Source: Trichonephila inaurata (Eukaryota). Taken from it: a DNA stretch of 42,943 nt. Within the stretch, counting starts at the first letter, position 1, and the number at the start of each line of letters is the position of its first letter. The notes beneath the pieces are model-generated. The model saw only the letters and a list, made by a program, of their open reading frames with translations, had not been told where the DNA came from and ran no database searches. Shown here piece by piece: positions 37,701-42,943 of the stretch. The stretch lies in contig BMAV01004705.1 in NCBI GenBank assembly GCA_019973955.1, forward strand, positions 117,886 to 160,828, given 5' to 3'. The translations under genes and the position numbers were made by a program.

Positions 37701-40700
37701 CTAACAAAAATAAAAATTGTATCTAATTTCTAGCATGCTCATATAAAATGACTGTTAAAAAGAACTTCTATGATTTATCACTTCTTTATTATAATGCAGA
37801 ACAATAGGTGATATGCTTAGGAGATATGTTGTGATAATTTATCTTTCATATCCAGCCTTAAAAGGGTAAATTAAACATTTTTATTCAAACTACAGAATGT
37901 ATCTTCATTGTGTTAAGAATTTATATCACTTTCTGTGATAAAAATTTATCTTAAAACTTATTCAATCAATGAATTCTTTAAATCTGCATGCATGTAAGAC
38001 ATATGTTTTCCATTAAAAAACATGCATGAAAAACAGGATAAAAATTCAGCAGAAATTATTAATATGACAAATATCAAATATCTTTCTTTCTTCTTTCAAT
38101 AATGAAAGTAAACATTAACAACATTAAACTATTCTTAATTTTTTTTCTTTCAAAATTCATTTATTGAAGATTACTTATAAAGTGCAATACTATTTGTAAC
38201 AAAGCCAAAAGCATGAAATTTAAAGTAAAATAAAAATACGTATAATTAAGATTAAATTGCTCTTTTTTTGACATTCTGAAGAATGAATACTTACATTTTA
38301 AATAAAGAAATAAAATCTATTAGCCTTAGCAGAACCTAAATACTACAAAAATTTATCATTTCCTCTGGTTTTTAATATTTGTATCACAAGAAAAAAAAAT
38401 TGGTTTCTTTGCAAGCACTATAGGATGAGGGATATTCTCAGCAAATATGTAGAATTACAAAGTTATCTCAACTGTATTGATAACCTTTACATTTAATTGT
38501 TTTAGATAAATAAAAAGAAAATATGACCAATGTGACTAGTTTCAATTAACTCCTTAGTATATAATGAATGCTAGGCAATCATTTATCTCAAAAGTGCATT
38601 TGTAGACCACGTACAGTCTCCAGTGGAACATTCTTCAAAAATCGTGTCAATACTGTTTTGTTTTGAATGCACTGGCATAGCTAGTCCTAAGTGGGCCCAG
38701 AATCAAAATTTCTTGAGGGCCCTTTTTTGAAGCCCCTTTAATAGCTTAATATATTTTGCTTACACATGTTGGGGCCTCTGAAGCTTGGGAGCCCCTGCAA
38801 ACATTTCTCACTGTTCTATTATAGTACTTTTTCAGCAAAATTTGAAACTATTCAAAATAAGTAACTTTTATTTGTGTATATTTTGTGTGTTATCACCAAA
38901 ATAGTCAGGTAAAATTTATACCAAACCATAAAAAATAATTTTTTTCTTAATTCTCAAAAGAAAAAAAATAATCTTCATACCCTTAAATAAAGAAATAAGG
39001 TATTTGTCAAGAAGATGATGGGATAAAAATGAGCTTCAAAGAAATTAGATCTTTATAATAAAGACAGTAATTATTAGTTCCAAGAATTATCAACTTTTGA
39101 CAAAACCACAATAGAAGGAAGAAAATTGTTTATCTATCAAGATAATAAGCAAGATCCATTTTTGATTATTCTAAATCTGACATTAATGCACAACATTTTA
39201 TGTAAAAGAATACAAAGTACTATTTTCAGAAAGAAAAATTACAGTGCCTGTGAATAATTTACTTTGAATCAAAATTTTTTCTTTACATCATGAATGTAAA
39301 AAAAAAAAAAATGTTGGTACTTTTCTATTTTACCAGCCCAAATCTCACGAAGCAGACTTTATTGGTGAGAACATGCAGCATATACATGAAAGAATGTTAA
39401 ATGTTAGTTTAAGAATTTTTCATACTAGGAGGCATAAACATTTTAATATCGTGCAAGATTTTTCCATATGGGTTTTTCATTTGAAATGTGGAGATAAATG
39501 GCTATCAGTAGGAATATTCTATTTGGAGTCGGTTGTACCATTTTTGACAATTTCATTGTCTGCACTAGCAAAACGGAAAAAAACCGAAAAGTTTATGTTA
39601 ATTTTTTTCATAAAACGCAACAATGTGGTGTATGTATTATCAACAAAACAGAAGTTTTATTTTTTTTACTTCAGAAATTTTCTAGAATGAGAAATACGTA
39701 ATTGACACTCATAAGAATGTAACCAGATAATTGTTTTTAGAGATATCAATTTTTATAAATAAAAATTATATATTTTCTAAATCATATATGACTTACTGAA
39801 CAAATTTATGAATAATAAAATATAATCACATTTTACAGACCACTAAAATATAGTTCCACAATTTATATATCATCATAATTCAAATATACTATTAAAATTT
39901 CATAAGATTCATAAATAATTATATTCTTTAGTATATTCTTTTAGTTTATAAGCCAAAACAATAAGAACAGCTTTTTATTGTTTCAGTTCTGACATAATAA
40001 ATCACAAATTCAAAAGAAAGACCAGCATTAGATACTTAATACACGAACATTTTTGGGAATGGGATACAAATACTTAATTCTATCATATTGAATTTTTACA
40101 TAGTTACATGAAATATTTACAGAACATCAATGAGAATAAGACATACTGAGTTATCAGATACACTGTACCAATTTATTGGCTGCTGATCTGCATGAAAGAA
40201 CAAAGAGTAAAAATGGGATAATACAGGTTAGTTGTATGATTGAAGTTCTACTCTAAGATATTCAGAATTTATGATACAGCACAATGGAACTTTACTACAA
40301 TGGAATAAATTTAAATTCGAAAAAAATAAACTGAGATTGTTCCCATTCAACTCATTTCACACACAACTGAACACTTCACTATTACTTACCTACCTATTTA
40401 ATAAGGAGAAATATAAATATTTCAGAAGTAAATGCTTCCAATTATGTACGTTATATTTTAAGTCAATTTGTTTTGTTTTTTTTAAATATTTATGTCATTT
40501 GCGGAGAAAATAAGAAAAAAAACTATTCAAATGACAGCCGGATTAGAAAGCAGAAAAATAAGTTAAATGCGCAAAAAATGCAACCATATGCAATTTTCTT
40601 TTTACCAAAAGATGTAAGGAGTTGTGGCCAATTGATGTCGTCCAACTCCAGGATAAAAGTAGGTGTGAATCGGAGTTTTATTTTATCTAAATAGAATTAT

Positions 40701-41439
40701 AATCTATCAGTACTCTCAACTTACCAAGCTATTGCATCAAGAAACCGGCAACAGTGTAATCAATTGTCACACCGCACGCAACTTGATGATTAACTTTGTT
40801 TTGTTATATTTGGGAATCGATAAACATGTACATTGATAAATTTATTCTAAATTTTGTAATTTTTTTTGTACAGATTTAAACTTAATTATTGGCAAATGAT
40901 AAGAACAAATTTTAAGCACTTGTTTTAATCAATGAAAAGAAAAGTGTCTTTATTTGTTTGAAAGATTACATGAACCACTGAGCAGCCAGCAACACAATAA
41001 CCCGTTCCCGGATAATAAGAAAAAAAAGAAGAAAAATAGTACGGTACTCCCTCCCTCCCCCGCTTTAATAATAAATATACTCAAGTCCATAAATTAAGGA
41101 TAATGCACATTCAGGCAAAGAAAGGGTCAGAAGAGCAAAACAAATGTGACTAATTTGTAAAGCCTTTTTATTAATCAAAAGGTAAAGAGCAAAAAAGATG
41201 CTATATGTTTGATATCATTAATAAAAAATGCGATTTTTGCTTCCTAGTGCAAATTACAAAAAACCTTATTTACAAAAACCAATATTACATGCTTGGTATG
41301 ATGGTTAATACATAGTATGTTTGCCAGACGATACAGTACAATCCGTACAACGCCTAGGCATGCCGAGTATCAAATTATCGATCTGATCATGGGGAATATA
41401 TATTACACCATTCAACAAACAATACTCTTTAAAGCTCCG

Positions 41440-42100
41440 GTAGACATGTAAGTGGTTGTGACGACGCCGATCTCTTCCCCCTATTTGCTAACAGATCCCT
41501 TGCGCCTTGCCGACAGACGTTGCGAAAATTCCAGGCATGTCTCTAATTGCTGGGAAGGAATTTCGTAACTGAGTGGTCAAGTTTCGGAACCTTTTTCCCG
41601 GGCTGACCGGACTGTCAGAAAGAGGCACCTTAACATTGTGTTTTCATTTTCCCGCAACTAGGTGACGACGGCGCGTCTGAAAACGTGCAAATGTGCACCC
41701 AGCCTCGGCGCCTCTTGGACGAGAGAACAGGAAACGAGACCGATTTGGCGTGGCAAAAGGGTAAGAGATCAAGGAAGCCGAGATCGGAAGGCGGCAAAAG
41801 AATAAAAGAGGGGTTGAGTCCGACAAAGAGATCAGAGAAGGATGATTAGGAGAGATAGAGAGGATATAAGGAGGGCGAGAGAATCCGGACGAGAGACTGG
41901 ATTTTGAAGGGAGCCGTTTGGACGTCCTTTGAGCGATAGAAAAAAGCGATAACGAGCCCGCGAAGTAAAGCGGTCTCCTGGCTTGGAAGAACAGGGAACG
42001 GGAGAGAGTGCGAAAGAGCACGGCGAAGTTTGGAGCCAGCGAACTCACTCAGACTCGGTGTGGAATTACCGAGAGTGAACCATTTTTACTCACGATTTGA
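41440..42100. other. Compositionally distinct GC/CpG- and purine-rich block (CpG-island-like)
   Basis: gacgacggcgcgtctg..cagcctcggcgcc..(GA-rich)..gagcccgcgaag..cacggcgaag. There are many CpGs in an otherwise CpG-poor, AT-rich window. There is no convincing long ORF (ORF 41644..42048 is low-complexity S/L/R-rich). Confidence 0.5.
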
Positions 42101-42240
42101 ATAGGACTTTTCTCTAGTGGGCGAAGTTACGCCCTTATTTTATGTGAAAGAGACTCGAAATCATTACGGACCCTTTTGCTATTGAATTGTAAAAGAATAT
42201 ACTAATTTTATTTTTTTTTTTTGATGATTTTCATACTGAA
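42088..42240 (-). promoter_or_regulatory. Hypothetical non-coding first exon of MVP (minus strand) ending in a GTGAGTAAAA donor
   Basis: Minus-sense ..TCAGTATGAAAATCATC.. (arthropod-type initiator TCAGT, plus 42233-42240) ... ..CCTATTCAAATC|GTGAGTAAAAATGG (strong 5' splice-site consensus at plus about 42088-42095). It pairs with the acceptor ttctttattag 2 nt upstream of the MVP ATG (37555). Confidence 0.2.
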
Positions 42241-42573
42241 ATAAATAGTTATCCAAGAGCTGTGTGAAATCATTACATGGTGGTTGACGGGCTGCAGCTC
42301 GTCGGCCATATATATCCCACACATGTGTGACATCTCTCGCGTTCTTCTTCTAACATAACTCCTACGTTCTTTGACGGCCACGATTAATGGCAAAACTTTT
42401 CCAACCCAATTCCAAGAGGAAAAACGAAGCAACAATGCAAATAAGAAAACCTTTAAAAGGATAGAAAGTTTAGTGAGAAAGAATGGCAATCTTAGAGAAA
42501 GCTTAGTGTGGAACAGTTGGAAGTGAGTTTAGACGGCCTACTCAAGAATCACGGAGACGCCCACCCTCGCTAA

Positions 42574-42657
42574 TATATAAAAGGAGCAACTATTGCACAC
42601 GAGTACATAAGTCTACCTGAACGTATCAGTATCGTTGAGCCTTCAACCAAGGTAGGA
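42574..42657 (+). promoter_or_regulatory. Candidate plus-strand core promoter plus short first exon with donor (neighbouring gene leaving the window)
   Basis: TATATAAAAGG at 42574-42584. ACATAAGTC and TCAGTATCG initiator-like motifs lie 25-55 nt downstream. CAACCAAG|GTAGGAGG donor at 42651/42652. Confidence 0.25.
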
Positions 42658-42904
42658 GGATTTTATATTCTGAACACTAGTTTAATATTGAATTGAGATT
42701 AGGAGGAGCTAATTAGTTATATTGATAAGTGATCTAATTGCGCGATCTGACTAAAGTAAATCGGCATACTTTGGTTTATTCTCACTTAATATAAGTTTGT
42801 TCGTTATATAAGTAATTTAAGTTAAATTCTTAATAAAAGTCATATTAAGAATTATAGAATGTCTCATCCTTCCGATAATCCCACACCTCTAACTTACGCG
42901 GAAC

Positions 42905-42943
42905 CCCCACGACATAGCCATCTGTCGATAGCTATGTCGTGGG
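42905..42943. repeat. Perfect 13-bp-stem palindrome/hairpin at the window edge
   Basis: CCCACGACATAGC-catctgtcgata-GCTATGTCGTGGG. The stems are exact reverse complements and the sequence is truncated by the window end. Confidence 0.8.

Noticed and set aside
41317-41452. Possible plus-strand coding first exon (MFARRYSTIRTTPRHAEYQIIDLIMGNI..) ending at a GTAAGT donor (41447-41452)
   Set aside because: Careful frame tracking shows the ATG-initiated frame hits a stop (TAG) at 41440-41442 before the donor. The frame reaching the donor has no start codon. Left as an unassigned GTAAGT motif.
41644-42048. 134-aa minus-strand ORF in the GC-rich block
   Set aside because: Low-complexity S/L/R/P-rich translation of a purine/pyrimidine-skewed sequence. 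No recognisable domain. It is more likely non-coding promoter/UTR or repeat.
1-42943. Prokaryotic-style interpretation (operons, defence systems, CRISPR)
   Set aside because: Spliced multi-exon gene with GT-AG introns, eukaryotic TEs (mariner, hAT, SINE, MITEs), about 30% GC and no Shine-Dalgarno or operon structure. No direct-repeat/spacer arrays were seen.

Overview
This window is AT-rich eukaryotic (metazoan-type) genomic DNA, not a prokaryotic locus. Its dominant feature is a complete major vault protein (MVP) gene on the minus strand. The gene has 14 coding exons running from the ATG at 37552 to the TAA at 6439-6441, about 31 kb, and encodes about 874 aa. Each exon was reconstructed by translating the minus strand and matching it to the conserved MVP sequence (N-terminal IPPY.Y.HVLD motif, MVP repeat domains, shoulder, Ala/Glu-rich cap-helix, C-terminal VKLLQ.LG...[14 protein letters not shown]). 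Intron phases are consistent across all 13 junctions. The introns and flanks are packed with transposable-element debris. There is a roughly 1.27 kb mariner-like element with a disrupted DD..D transposase in intron 11, and a second truncated mariner-like copy in intron 1. A Tc1-like transposase remnant lies downstream of the gene. A non-autonomous hAT element retains a hAT C-terminal dimerisation-domain ORF. There are two copies of a roughly 310-bp MITE with 23-bp terminal inverted repeats (TIRs), another CAGTGG-type MITE, a tRNA-derived SINE, poly-G tracts and microsatellites. The right-hand end (about 40.9-42.9 kb) is compositionally distinct (GC/CpG/purine-rich). It carries candidate divergent promoter signals, possibly an upstream non-coding first exon of MVP and/or a plus-strand neighbouring gene, and ends in a perfect 13-bp-stem hairpin truncated by the window edge. 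No CRISPR arrays, rRNA genes, operons or defence-system-like architecture are present. The 'M' at the start of many ORF-track entries reflects alternative (TTG/CTG-type) starts. Most ORF-track entries are intronic or intergenic noise or TE remnants. Coordinates of splice junctions are from manual counting and may be off by 1-2 nt.
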